Assembly (NCBI GenBank): GCA_003427395.1
Contig: BFEA01000033.1
Coordinates: 1,065,233 to 1,129,232 of the forward strand
Direction: 5' to 3'
DNA length: 64,000 nt
Source of the DNA: Chara braunii
Lineage: Eukaryota > Plantae > Charophyceae
The notes under the pieces are model-generated. The model was given only the letters and a program-made list of their open reading frames with translations. It was not told where the DNA came from and did no database searches. Each line of letters starts with the position of its first letter. The first letter of the stretch is position 1. Below are positions 38,709 to 50,338 of this stretch, piece by piece. The translations under genes and the position numbers were made by a program.

Positions 38709-39331
38709 CTACAGCCAAAATGAGGGTGAGGTATTTCCGGGAAGCACCCCTGGTGCGGGCACCCTCCCCCTGACCCGCCTCCAAAAAGAATAAAAAATAA
38801 AAATAGAAACATTTTTTAGGGCGCAAATGGCCGTTGTACGCGCGCGTATATCTACCACAGCCCCGTCGTACGCTATGTACGAGGGCGTACCCCATGTACA
38901 TAGCGTACAATGGTACGCCTAGGCTATGGCGGAATGAGATGGGAGAGGCACAGTAGATATTGCATCGTCCTCTGAACATCTGTGATGATGTTCACCCATA
39001 GTGTTAGTTGCAACCGACTAGAACTGAGGAGAGAGAAGTGAGGTTATGGACAAAAGGAAGGCTCTTTGAGTGCTGGCAATAAGGGGAATACTCGTACATG
39101 ATTCCTGTTCATTCATTCATTTATTTTTGTATCATTGTATGCAATTTCATTAGGGGAGAAGAAGATGAGAGAAGGAAGAAGTGAGGGGGAAGACATTGGT
39201 TCAACTTGTATGATTCTTCTTCTTTCATCCTTTTCATTCTGCTGCACTCTTTACCTCTCTCAACTTCTTCTTATGTGTTTCGGCATGTCTTTCATTTTCT
39301 CGCAATTTGAGTTTTACATCATGAATATAGC

Positions 39332-39369
39332 CTGTCTCTTATACACATCTAGATGTGTATAAGAGACAG
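39332..39369. other. Nextera mate-pair junction adapter (assembly artefact)
   Basis: Exact CTGTCTCTTATACACATCT-AGATGTGTATAAGAGACAG (two back-to-back Tn5 mosaic ends). Confidence 0.98.
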
Positions 39370-39740
39370 GCCTGGTACTGTTCACTCCAAGATCTTGGCA
39401 TTTGCAACACAGCAGCGCTTCCACAAATGCCAGAACTGAAGAAGAACAGGTTCCTGACGTTGGCCTCCCTTTCCCGCCTGTGCCTATCTCCCACGTGATT
39501 CCATACTCTTCTGCCAGGCCCTGCCGCAGCAGGCAAAGATTCGGTCTGCTGTGGCCTTCCCCTAGGACTGAGCTGCAATTGGACCGGGACTGCACAGATG
39601 GCGACTCCCTACCTATCGACTTCTAGGACCCTCCTATTGTTCCTACTGGTCTTATCCTGTCAGATTTCTATTTTGTGTTGTACATTACCTAGTTCTACTT
39701 CGGCCCTAAGGTACGGAAGAAAATGAGACACAGTACCAAG
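39370..39740. repeat. LTR-like fragment related to 5490-5850
   Basis: Shared tccaagatcttggca, cttcta.tgttccta, gatttctatttt and ggcccta.ggt...ga..tg.gacacagta. Confidence 0.6.
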
Positions 39741-40329
39741 GCTGTACTGCAGCTGCGCATTAATCCTTTCACTCTCGCCGTATATTGCTTGTTAGCAAGG
39801 ATGTTCAATTGATTTCTGCATGCTGGTTATGGGTTTCACTTTTCTGCGTGATCTGGAGGGTGTGGATTGGGGGCCGGCGGGTGGGGCAAGTATCTGGCGG
39901 GATGCTGTACACTGCGTGTTCATGGGGTATAGCAGGCATGCCTTCTGCATTGTTCATCAAATGTATGGTCATGCATGTGTGTGAGTGTGTGTGTGTTTGA
40001 GAGGTCTGTACTCCACGGCACGCGAGATACGATACATCATTACTCGTACCCGCACAGCTCCGACAAACCATGTCGGCCCACCTTGAATAAGAGACAAAGC
40101 GGGAGTGACGTTCCCCGCAGCAAACGGCCAACAAAAAAAGTTCACAGGCACGGGACAGACGCATCCAGTACTGAAAGGCAGGGAATTCTAAGCCGGACTC
40201 TACAAGCAGCATCTACTCTTCAACTTCAGTACACAGATTTGACATGGGACAGACACATCCAACAGTGGAAGGTAGGGGAAGACTATGTCAAATGATGAGA
40301 GTAGCATCAATGCTTCAGACGCCATTTTC

Positions 40330-41463
40330 AGAAAGACCAGAACACATGCAATAACACCTCACAAACAAACGGAGGGATGGGGAGGAGGCAAAGCGCAGGG
40401 AACCAACACCATAGGCTGACAAACCACAACATGGCACATGAAGTTAGAGGCACAAGAGGAGGAACAAACAGTGAGGCAGCACATAGGCTGAAGCACATGG
40501 GGGAGGCGGGAGGGCACAAGTACAAGTATTGAAAAACAACAAAGCGACCAGAAGAAAAGAAAACAGCAAAGGACAGGCTGGAGGGTGGAGGGAAGGAGGG
40601 CGGGCAGACAAACAGCGCAAGGCAAGAAAGAAAGACCAAAAAAAATACATTAAAAGCTGATGATGAAAGATTGTTTCGTCGGAGTTGCACCGACTCATCA
40701 GGAGGCTGAACCCTCAACAATCTGCGGAGTCTTCGTATTGGATGGTTTGGGTCATGAACCCTTTGACCCTTGTTGAAGGCAGACTGTCCCCCAAACGGAA
40801 CACATCAGTGGGAAGCAACCCTGCGGAGCACCACCAGGCAACGGCAACACAGCTGCACAACACCAAAAATGACTGCAAGGAATGACATGGCACGCAGGAT
40901 AAGCAGTGTGGCAACCACGCCGTGAAGCACAAGGCAACACCAACAAGGCAACCACACAGCAGGGGACGGCAATGGTTGCGGTTGAGTAGCACGGCAACCA
41001 TGCAGTGGCACACAAGGCAGCACCTACAAGGCAAGTGAACTACAAGGCACGCAAGCAACAAAGACGGAAGGCACGACCAGCGGATGAGCGGCAAGGCAGC
41101 GGAGCAGCGGAGCAGCGAAGCAGAAGGCAACACCAGCAACACGGCCACACCACACAGCGAACACAACAATTTGCAGAGAACCACATGCGAAGCAAGCGGG
41201 ACAGGCAGCAAGGCAGTGGAAGAGCACAGACGAGGCAGTCCACACATCCAAGACAGAGCAAAGCAGCACATCACCTACTCACACCACAATTGAACACCGC
41301 AGACTGTTCATTCCCACCACCCATTGAGCGAGGGAGTCACTCTGACGACCATCCGTCGTCACCCACAGGCAACACAGACATCCCTGACTGATCAGCCCCC
41401 CTAAGAGTGCAGTAGTCACTCCAAATGAGGAACTACCATTGCAACTGTTTGGCACTACTTAAG
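40330..41463 (-). mobile_element. Non-coding dispersed repeat carrying a type III hammerhead, copy 2
   Basis: Collinear with 36500-37747; both end in ccccctaagagtgcagt..cactccaaa.gagga...ctgtttggcactac.taa. Confidence 0.75.
40668..40723 (-). ncRNA. Canonical type III hammerhead ribozyme
   Basis: AGAUUG-U-U/GAGG-GUUCAG-CCUC-CUGAUGA-GUCGG-UGCAACU-CCGAC-GAA-A-CAAUCU: all core nucleotides present and three perfect helices; predicted cleavage between 40716 and 40715. Confidence 0.93.
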
Positions 41464-41544
41464 GGTGCTCAGTTGGGTGAGTAAAAGTGCTTAGAAAAAT
41501 CAGAGGGAGAACAGACAACAAGAGGAAAACAGAGGCATAAAACT

Positions 41545-41585
<41 letters not shown>

Positions 41586-41810
41586 ACAATACGTTACTCC
41601 ATGGCACAAAATGCCAAGAACCCCACAACAAGTTGTGATACGACTGTTCAAGCCACAGGTCTATAGGCTGCATCCGGTCTTATATGTATCTTCCAATGTC
41701 AAGCACTTTTCTTCCTTATGTCCGGATGCCAAGCAGCCCCACCTTTTTCCGAGAACCATATAAACATATTCAATACCAGATGAGGATGCCGTTCTGGACG
41801 ATGGTTCCTA

Positions 41811-42287
41811 TCATGCCAAGCCCTCCTGTATGAGGATTATGATGAGAGTAGCATATAGCGAAAGCAGGAGTAGAATGACGAGCAATCTTCTAATCAGTAG
41901 GAGGGTCAAATCCCTCTTGGGTCTGGTAGTGTGATGTATGGCCTCATTCAGTGTGTTAATCTCCATGCTGAGTGCCATGTTCGCTCTCATGAGTTGGTCC
42001 ACAGCCTGCTGTTCTTGCATCCTAATCTGTAGTATACTGTCCTCAAAGTCCCTAAGCAAGGAGCGGTGATCACCGTAAATTAGCGAAAAAAACATGGCAG
42101 CCCATTCCCGAATTTCATTGTAATCGTCCCCCGACGGGGCCTCATAATGGTAATCAGGGTGGATAGACGGATGATCACCTCTTCTTATCAGGACGTCATT
42201 AAGTAACGCAATACGCTTCTCTATCATAACAATCTTCTCAAGAAGGGTTGCTCGATCGTATAGCCGAGTGTCCATCGGGGTATACAA
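41811..42287 (-). CDS. Orphan 158-aa ORF, helical/coiled-coil with a hydrophobic C-terminus
   Basis: Non-repetitive, protein-like composition; first ATG at ~42275 (MDTRLY); no recognised family. Confidence 0.4.
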   Translation of the reverse strand: MYTPMDTRLYDRATLLEKIVMIEKRIALLNDVLIRRGDHPSIHPDYHYEAPSGDDYNEIREWAAMFFSLIYGDHRSLLRDFEDSILQIRMQEQQAVDQLMRANMALSMEINTLNEAIHHTTRPKRDLTLLLIRRLLVILLLLSLYATLIIILIQEGLA

Positions 42288-42419
42288 ACAGTCCAGAGAT
42301 CAGGGAATGTGTTTTTATACCTCTCATATAATAAATAGACACCCTATAGTGAGTCGATCATGTCGATAGAAAAATTAGAAACTTAGAATTCTTCCCATAA
42401 AGCGAATTCATCATCACTC

Positions 42420-44820
42420 TATATGTTCTAAGCGTAGCATAAGTATAGCGAATGGACAAATATAATTCTCCCCTCGTGTCTCGGTTCCTACCAATTTCTC
42501 ATTGAGCGGCCTTTCGTGTGGAAAGAGCGAGTGACAGAGGATCAGAAAAAGCCGTCATGTCTGGTGAATAACTGTTGTGATGTGATCTGTCCTATCCAAC
42601 AAACAACCAAGATACTATACAGAAGATACCTTGTGCAGTTTCTCGTATCAATGTGATAGATTTCGGCCCAATTCCCAGGCGTTAAGAAAGATGGTATGCG
42701 GTGATGAAGGAAACGTGGTCATCCTGTGTTGGTGATGCCATAACCCCACCATGGCCAAACTGTAGGATAATAATTATTTAACCCAAAGTAAGAGACTTCT
42801 CTGCAAAATTGATTATACCCAGACTTAATCAAGGACGAAGCAGTCGGAGACCGGTAATAGTGGCGGAAAAAAACCTCTGTTATGCCAGAAAGGCCAATGG
42901 TACCGTTACTTGTGCATAGCTCAGGCGCAATTTTCCAAAGCAGGACCCCTCGTAAGATTCAGAACAAGAATGGAGATTCACCGAGATACTCTCAATGTCG
43001 AGTTAAACTAGCCAACATCAAAAATTCAAAAATCGGGAAAAATCTTTATGTGAGATAATAGGTAAAGGCGACCCTTCACAAGAAAACGTAGCCGACAACA
43101 ATAGCCAAGCAAACTCGTCAAACTTCCATATCTGTAGGAAAGTCCAAATCTAAGCTCCAGGGTTTACAGGGTGACTGACTAAGCTCGTACTGGAATCCAA
43201 CACGGTAATCCATCGTACTCCCATCTGAGCTTAGGAAAAAACTAGTATGAGAGTCTCACCACTCCTCTGCATGCCATGTTCGCTTCTCTATATCAAGCGG
43301 CCTATGTGAAATGATCGAGTTGGTGACATCCCCTCTTGTATACCATAGTTACTATCCATCAATGATACCAACTCCGAAAGGAGGAACCCTCAAAAAAATA
43401 TATATAGAAATTGATAATCATCCAGAAAGGTCGATGATTACAGACTCTATCAAATTCCAATCAGTCGAGTACCAGTTGCCAGACAATTATTGTGAATACG
43501 GAAAAATCAATGGTACCATTCTGAGTACATGGCTTAACTGGGGGACAATCACTTAATTTTCCATCCTCCATAAAAAAAAAAATTCTCCGTAGAACCAAGG
43601 ACATAAATAGAGTTTTGTTGACAAATGAGATATTATCGAAGTCTAGTTAGCCGTGGACTAGCCATAATGAGACTGAAAAAAAAAAAATTAAAAAAATTAT
43701 TCGAAAGATTGGTCACGGAGGAACGTTCATATCAAAGTGCGGCGTGTACAAAATTAATAGTCAAGAAACAACAGTCCATATCAGCAGGGATTGGCCGAAA
43801 CTAAGTCCATAAAGAATTTTTTCCTCTAAACATCCATCATTGTTTATCATCACCCGATATGCCCTAAACAAACAGATCATATGGGGGTGACAACACTTTC
43901 CCGCCCATCATAGCCCCTCCCAATATCACATGGCCACCGGTGTGTCGGAAGGTGGCCCGACATCGCTTAGTTAAAACGTTTCATTATGTAAGCTTAATGT
44001 TGTATTTCTAGCATTTGCTAATCCGAAACAAGGTCCCAAAAAAAACAAAGGTTATACGCAAAATTGTAACCACTCAGATAGGTTGACAAATCCAGACGTG
44101 ATCAAGGAAAAAATTGCTTGGTTACTAGTCAAAGTGGTGCTGTCATTTGAGTAAAATGGTAACAAAACACAGAAGGTACTGCTATCTGCACATGAGTCAC
44201 TACGACGTTTTATATGGTATCTATTTTGTGTTACCTAGAAATGACCTCCCATGAGCATAAATAGAATTCGTCGAAGTATGTCGACCCACTCAGATATAAA
44301 CAAAATCAATTCGATCATAGACCAGCGACTTTGAAAAAATGTAAGATGGTGATAACGAACAATCGTTCACAACAAAGTGAAGCCTACATCAAGTCCAGTA
44401 ATTCATCGAGGTCCAAGTCTGCAGGGTTTTTTTCGAAGCTAAGCCCTCGGGCTTCACGAGGTGGTAGAAGATCACAAGCATCTAATTATATCCCTACACA
44501 TTCCTGGATAAAATCAGTATCGTAAGAGGGCGTCACCATTCTACTGTCCATCTCATATCAAACTTCTATTGCCAATCATACTGAGTGCGTAGCCATCTAT
44601 GTGAAGAGTGTTTCATGAGCATCCCATTATGCAATGAACAAAGGGAGAGAGGGAGTGAGAAGGGTTGAACGATGCTTTCATATGTCAACTGACAATTACA
44701 TCATGGATACTTAGTTCTATCAAGCTACAAAGCTTCATTAGTCGCAGAGATTAAGAAGGGAAGGAATGGAAAGAGAGGGAGAGAGGTTCACATGTTTCGA
44801 AGGAACAATAGTATCCAGTA
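42420..44820 (+). pseudogene. Putative decayed viral envelope glycoprotein (rhabdovirus G-like) endogenous element
   Basis: Manual translation across stops and frameshifts gives Cys/Trp/N-x-S/T-rich fragments (LCYARKANGTVTCA*L; SIVLPSELRKKLV*ESHHSSAC; PDNYCEYGKINGT; YVDPL; LYPYTFLD); resemblance judged by eye only. Confidence 0.3.
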
Positions 44821-44830
44821 GATAAAATTC

Positions 44831-45388
44831 ATGTTACCACATCTTGTTCCTACCACAAATCGGTCATCGTGGCTCAGTACCATTACCCTACCATCACCAA
44901 TGATTCCAAAACAATCAATCAAAAAGATGACCTTAATGCTAATTACTAAAAACTAATGATAATGATGAACATGTATCCTATAATCGGAGCAATCCACAGA
45001 ATGTACGCTTACCACAACTACTATGCATACATCATTTATGGTTGGACTTGTCCTAGTTCACCATATTGTACCGATGAGAGCAAGAACCATCCAATTAACC
45101 CTACTCCTAGCACAAATTGGTTACCATGCCTTGTCCTACCGCAAATTGTTCATCAGCGCTATTACCTTATCACCAATGATTTCGAAATAATTAGCAAAAA
45201 GATAGTCATAATGCTAATTACAAAGCTAATGACAATGAAGGGCATATATCCTACGATTGAAACAATCCTCCTAATGTTTGCCTACTGGGGCTACTACGCA
45301 TACATCAGTTATGGTTAGACCAGTCCTTGTTCACCATATAGTACCGAGGGGAGCAAGAACCATCCAGTAATCCCTACTCCTAGCACAG
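44831..45388. repeat. Two diverged tandem copies of a ~280-bp unit
   Basis: gttacca...atcaccaatgatt...taatgctaattac...gcatacatca.ttatggtt.gac...gagcaagaaccatcca...ccctactcctagcaca occurs twice. Confidence 0.9.
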
Positions 45389-45621
45389 GTCAGAGGAACA
45401 GTCTTTTCACGACCAATCACTATATGCGTACTCAGAGATAATAATCCAATTACGATCGAGCGAAAAGGCCTGATAGCAACCCTCAGCCAGAACAACCTTG
45501 ATGCAGATATAACATGTAGACATCTGACGTTTCAAACGAGGAGGCTTGATGCAGATCACTTTGACATGCAGTTCTGGAAGAAGCAGGGAACAAGTCGTTG
45601 AGGTTGAAGCAGGAAGGGTGT

Positions 45622-45686
45622 GGCAAGCCCCTAAAACGTTTTTCCCCGAATGCCACAATTCAGCTCATCAGAGGGATTTCAAAGCC
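45622..45686 (-). ncRNA. Type I hammerhead-like motif with palindromic stem III
   Basis: GGC-UUUGAAA-UCCCU-CUGAUGA-GCUGAAU-UGUGGC-AUUCGGG-GAA-AAACGUUU-U-AGGGG-CUU-GCC; only C11.1 is altered (to G). Confidence 0.75.
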
Positions 45687-46825
45687 TGCATACACAACAC
45701 AAGGCACGACCAAGCATTCCACACTGCCAACACTTCCATTCATACTCAGGCAGGTAAGTAACAGGAAGAGCATAGTACCAGATCCTCGGCGCCATAGCCA
45801 GTCAAGTGAAAGCACACACAAGCCTCCAAGTCGCACAATGCAATTGCAAGCAAAGATGAGGAGTAATGACGATATGCAGCGATAGATATAGGAGGATGAA
45901 CAGCGGGTCCGTGCGGTAAACATGGGCGGAAGGACATGCCCTCGGGATAACCGTGAAAGTGTACCCCGTTATTTTCAGGTACACGTTTCCTCAAGACAAC
46001 GGAAAATGCAATGATTACCCGGGTCGGCTAGGGTAAATTCAAATTGGCCTGACCTCCGATCCTACCGTGTTGCCAGGTTTTCAAGTTACCCGCAGGGGTT
46101 CTAGTCCCAGTAGGTCCTTGAGTATTGGGCGTTCCTCAGCTGGCCAGTACGGTTCCGGACAACCTCTGTTGGGCAGAATTTGTACATACCTGGTTCCTAC
46201 GGGGCCTCGAACCGGTTACCCATGAGCCCACCAGTGGGACAATGCTGTCGCTGTATCGAATCTCATGAAATCAGATCATTCAGATCGTGGCCTATACGAT
46301 TTTTGAGGGCAACGGGCCAATGTAGCCTTCCTACCGGTCAGACAATGGTTTTAATTCCCTCTGCCCATTGCCCATGGGGCTGTACCGAGGCAGGTTCCCA
46401 GTGACCGTATATTAGTGGGGTCGAGTACTGGCGTATGTTTTACGAACTGGAAGCAGGGGGGATGCCTGTCATTTATGCCCATGACCCATCAAGGATACGT
46501 CAGGTTACTTGTACATGTAGGCCCAAATAGTTCAAGGAGTGCATTTCCTTTCTCCGGGGAACATGACTAGGTGGGTGTACGGGGTGGGTTCGGGGAGCCT
46601 TATGGTACAATTTACATCACAGTTTTCCCAAAGCAGTGTCAGGGGTGCATTACCTCTCGCCAGGGAGCATGATTATATGGGTATACGAGGAGGGTACAGG
46701 GAGACGCGTGGATATTAATATCTTGAAAACAACCAACCATCACTCTTGTGTGTGTGTGTGCCCGTTTTCATGCATGCGTATGTAAATGTATATACATATA
46801 TATATAAATTTCGCATATGTGAGCA

Positions 46826-46856
<31 letters not shown>

Positions 46857-46859
46857 CCT

Positions 46860-46900
<41 letters not shown>

Positions 46901-49099
46901 GTGTTCTTATATACGTATTTCATGGCCGGCGGGTTTCGCTGCATCATGCATTTCTCTGGTGAAAGTTCACCAGTGCACCTTGTACCCTGATACCGTGCAG
47001 GTATGGCATGGCTCATGGGTGGCAAGATCGACATTTACTCCGGCAATGGATATTTTCACGCTTTTTCCGAAGTGCTGTATAATGGCGGGTTTGGGCTAGC
47101 GTTTCTGTTAAAAAGGAGGGCAGGAAGAGGACTTGCACAACCAAAAATTCAGCTTCACATCTTTAAACAATTTCTGAAAAAGAAGAACATAAGAATGAAC
47201 ATAAGGGTGATGGGGGGGGGAACAGTATAAAGCGAAATCCCGAAGCCAATCTCTAATGGCACCGCGTGCATCTTAAAAAGGAGGAAAAAACGAGGGGGGT
47301 ATCGCTATTTCCGTGAGGTTTGTCATCAAGCGCTCGTGCGTCCTAATTAGGTCGGACAAGACGAGCTCATGACGGGGAATAAAAGACCCAAACGAAAATT
47401 CCAACATTCCAACATATTTGTGCACAACACTTTTCTCAAAAAGGGGCACGCGCATCTAGAAAATGAGTTGGAGTGATGCATACACCATAAATTTCATCAT
47501 TGAAGTGATTATCATCCATTGGAGAGCGGCATCCAGAGATAGCTGAATCCTGGCTGGTGTTTGCTAGAGTAGTAGTGTTCTGAGCTCTTGGTTGTTGATG
47601 CCAGAATGACGGTGGTCGGTGCTGGGGTGTTTGCCCTGTAACCGGTTTGGTAGCAAGAGTGTGAGGCCTGGTAGAGAGATTCGGGGATTTGGCGAGGGAG
47701 GAAGGCAATCTAGTGGCGAACTAGGAGGTACTACCAAGAAAACCTTTGAGGCCGGCCCTGGCCGGGTATAGTTTTGGTAGTGAGAACACGACAACGATGG
47801 CAGGTATTGGGCACGTTCATTTTATCTTTGCAGTGTTGAGTCTGGTTTAGGGGAAAGCTAGGAGTTGCTCATTGATTGTGAGGCTGCGAGTGCAGATGTA
47901 GTCATCATCTTTTTCATCATGAGCTAATTTACCAATCTCCATCATCTTCATCATCATCATCAGTATTATTATCTCACAGTTTTCATAAAATCAGCAGAAG
48001 TTTGATCATCATCATCAACATTACAATCATCATCATACGAGGGACGTTGAGCCTGGTTCTCCGCATGTTCGCTTCGGTCACTCTGGGTAGACTGTGAGGA
48101 CCCCGACTTCAATCTTCTTATTGGTAATATAAAAAAAAAGGTTGGGTGCCGTACAAAAAAAAAAAACAGAGACCTCTCATAGGCAGCAATGACACGGACG
48201 CACCGGCCACCGCTGGAAGAACTACAACGGGTTGCGCAGGCCTCACCGTAGGCTTGGGGCCTCTCTGCGCAGCCAAAATTTAATTATGACCGGTTATCAA
48301 TGTGGCCAGCTCTCCCTAATACATGGCCTGTACTTTGGCCATACTGACTGGACCGAAGTGTCCGCTCATTAGGGGCTTCCACATCCAAAGCTTTTACCCT
48401 GTTTAGTTCCACCTCCCTCGCCTCTAGTCTAGGCTTTAACCTGACTAACACCTATCGAAGAGGCATGGGAAGAGACCTGGGACATTGCAGAAACGGTAGC
48501 CTTTGCTGCCTCGGCCTTGGCTCTAATGTGCGCTGCTGCCACAGCTGCTAGTGCCATCACTGCGTTGGCTGCTGCCACCTGTATCTTTTGTGAGACCCTA
48601 CTCTCCTCAGCTGTTCTACGCTGTCTCCTTTCCTTGCGTGGTCTTTAACATCAAGCAAGTGGTCGACCGACAAAGTGTCCGTCCACGGGCAATCCTCCCC
48701 TCATCCTAGTCTATGTGTCTCAACCTTACTATCATCTTCACACCAAAGCTACACGTGGCATGCAATCTGAACTAGTGTCCTCACTGGGACCTACCGCAGT
48801 GTGGCACCCAACCGCTTAATAAATAAAATTAAATCTACGGTCCATATTTATCAAGAAGCAGTCGAGCGATAACAACAGATAGTTTCAGACCCTTGCAAAC
48901 AATTCTACTTCTGCTTTTGACTAATCTGAAACAGATGCTCGCAGAAAGAATAAACAACTACTATCTATGCAACAGTTTGTTAGCTATTAGCAGTCCGTCA
49001 CAACTAACTAAACAAAAGTAAAAATAAAATCAGTTGTTGAAATGCATCCTGAATGGAAATACTGCAATATTGAGCAATCGAGCAATTACTGGAATCTTC

Positions 49100-50267
49100 C
49101 CTCCCCCTATATCCCTCTTGAATAGTCACTTTGTGTCGACGTCCTGTAGCTCTGGTTCAACGGCGTGTCTAAAGGTATACAATCGGCCCACTGGTGCCCA
49201 CCCCTGTGCCCCAACTCAGTACCAGACCGGCCAGCCCTGTCCATACTATTTTTATACTCACGTACAACACGAGTCTCTTTATAGACTGTTCGGTACTCAT
49301 TTCTCCCTCATAGGGCTGGCATGCCCGACATGACCTCTACAACGCAGCAAGCAGACCAAAGGACAAGCGGCAAAGCACGCGTGTACTGGTCCCAACGGGT
49401 TGGGATGGTGACTGTGACCCGACTGCTTTGTTCAAGGCCCTTCAGAGGCAACACCCGTCTCCCACTAGCTGGCTTCCCAGGAAGAATGTGGACTCTCAAG
49501 GTTGAGCGCTCGCGACACCTCACAATGAGAGGACTCTCAAGACATAACTCACTTGCTCACGGTAAGAAGTAACGAAGAGGGTAGATAAGGTACGGAGCAA
49601 CGTACCTCATAATCCTGCCCCCAACCACAGATTTCTCACCAGTAACCTGTCGTGAATTTATGATGACCAGTCGATGCCTCGGCACAACCCACAATGCAAT
49701 GCAGTTCCACCTCGGCTTAAATTGCCATGTCAGCAAGCTCTCACCATCCAACGTGCACCCCTACGTCACCACATAGCCTTCCAGGCGTGCCCTCACAACT
49801 CAGGGCCGCCTATACACCAACGCACAAGCATTATCACTGCCCCACCATTTCCCAACGAAGCACCAAACAGCTATTGCGAAAGAACCAGCGGAGTGGTTCG
49901 AACCAACTCTGATACCAAATTACAAGGAAAATGAGCAATAGCAAAATGATACATTCCAGATTGCAAAATCAAAAGCCAAAAAGTCCAACGTTGTCCAGAA
50001 AGCAGAAATGCGCTGATGTTACACCAACGGAGAACCAAAGCACCGAATCCGAATGTCAATGAGAGCATACTCTCACCACCACCAACATATGCATCCAGAG
50101 CCCTTCCTCCTACTTGGCGCTCAACGCCCAGACTACAATCACACAGCTACTACCAGCCTACGAATTGACAATGCAACCTGTTGACGTCAGCATCAACAAC
50201 CGAAGTACATGAAGATGCCGACCCTGTGGACCATCGCAAGACCAGGTATGTGCCCCCACATCATCAT

Positions 50268-50338
<71 letters not shown>

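Noticed and set aside
39332-39369. Tn5-like transposon ends suggesting bacterial horizontal transfer
   Set aside because: Back-to-back hyperactive mosaic ends are synthetic library adapter
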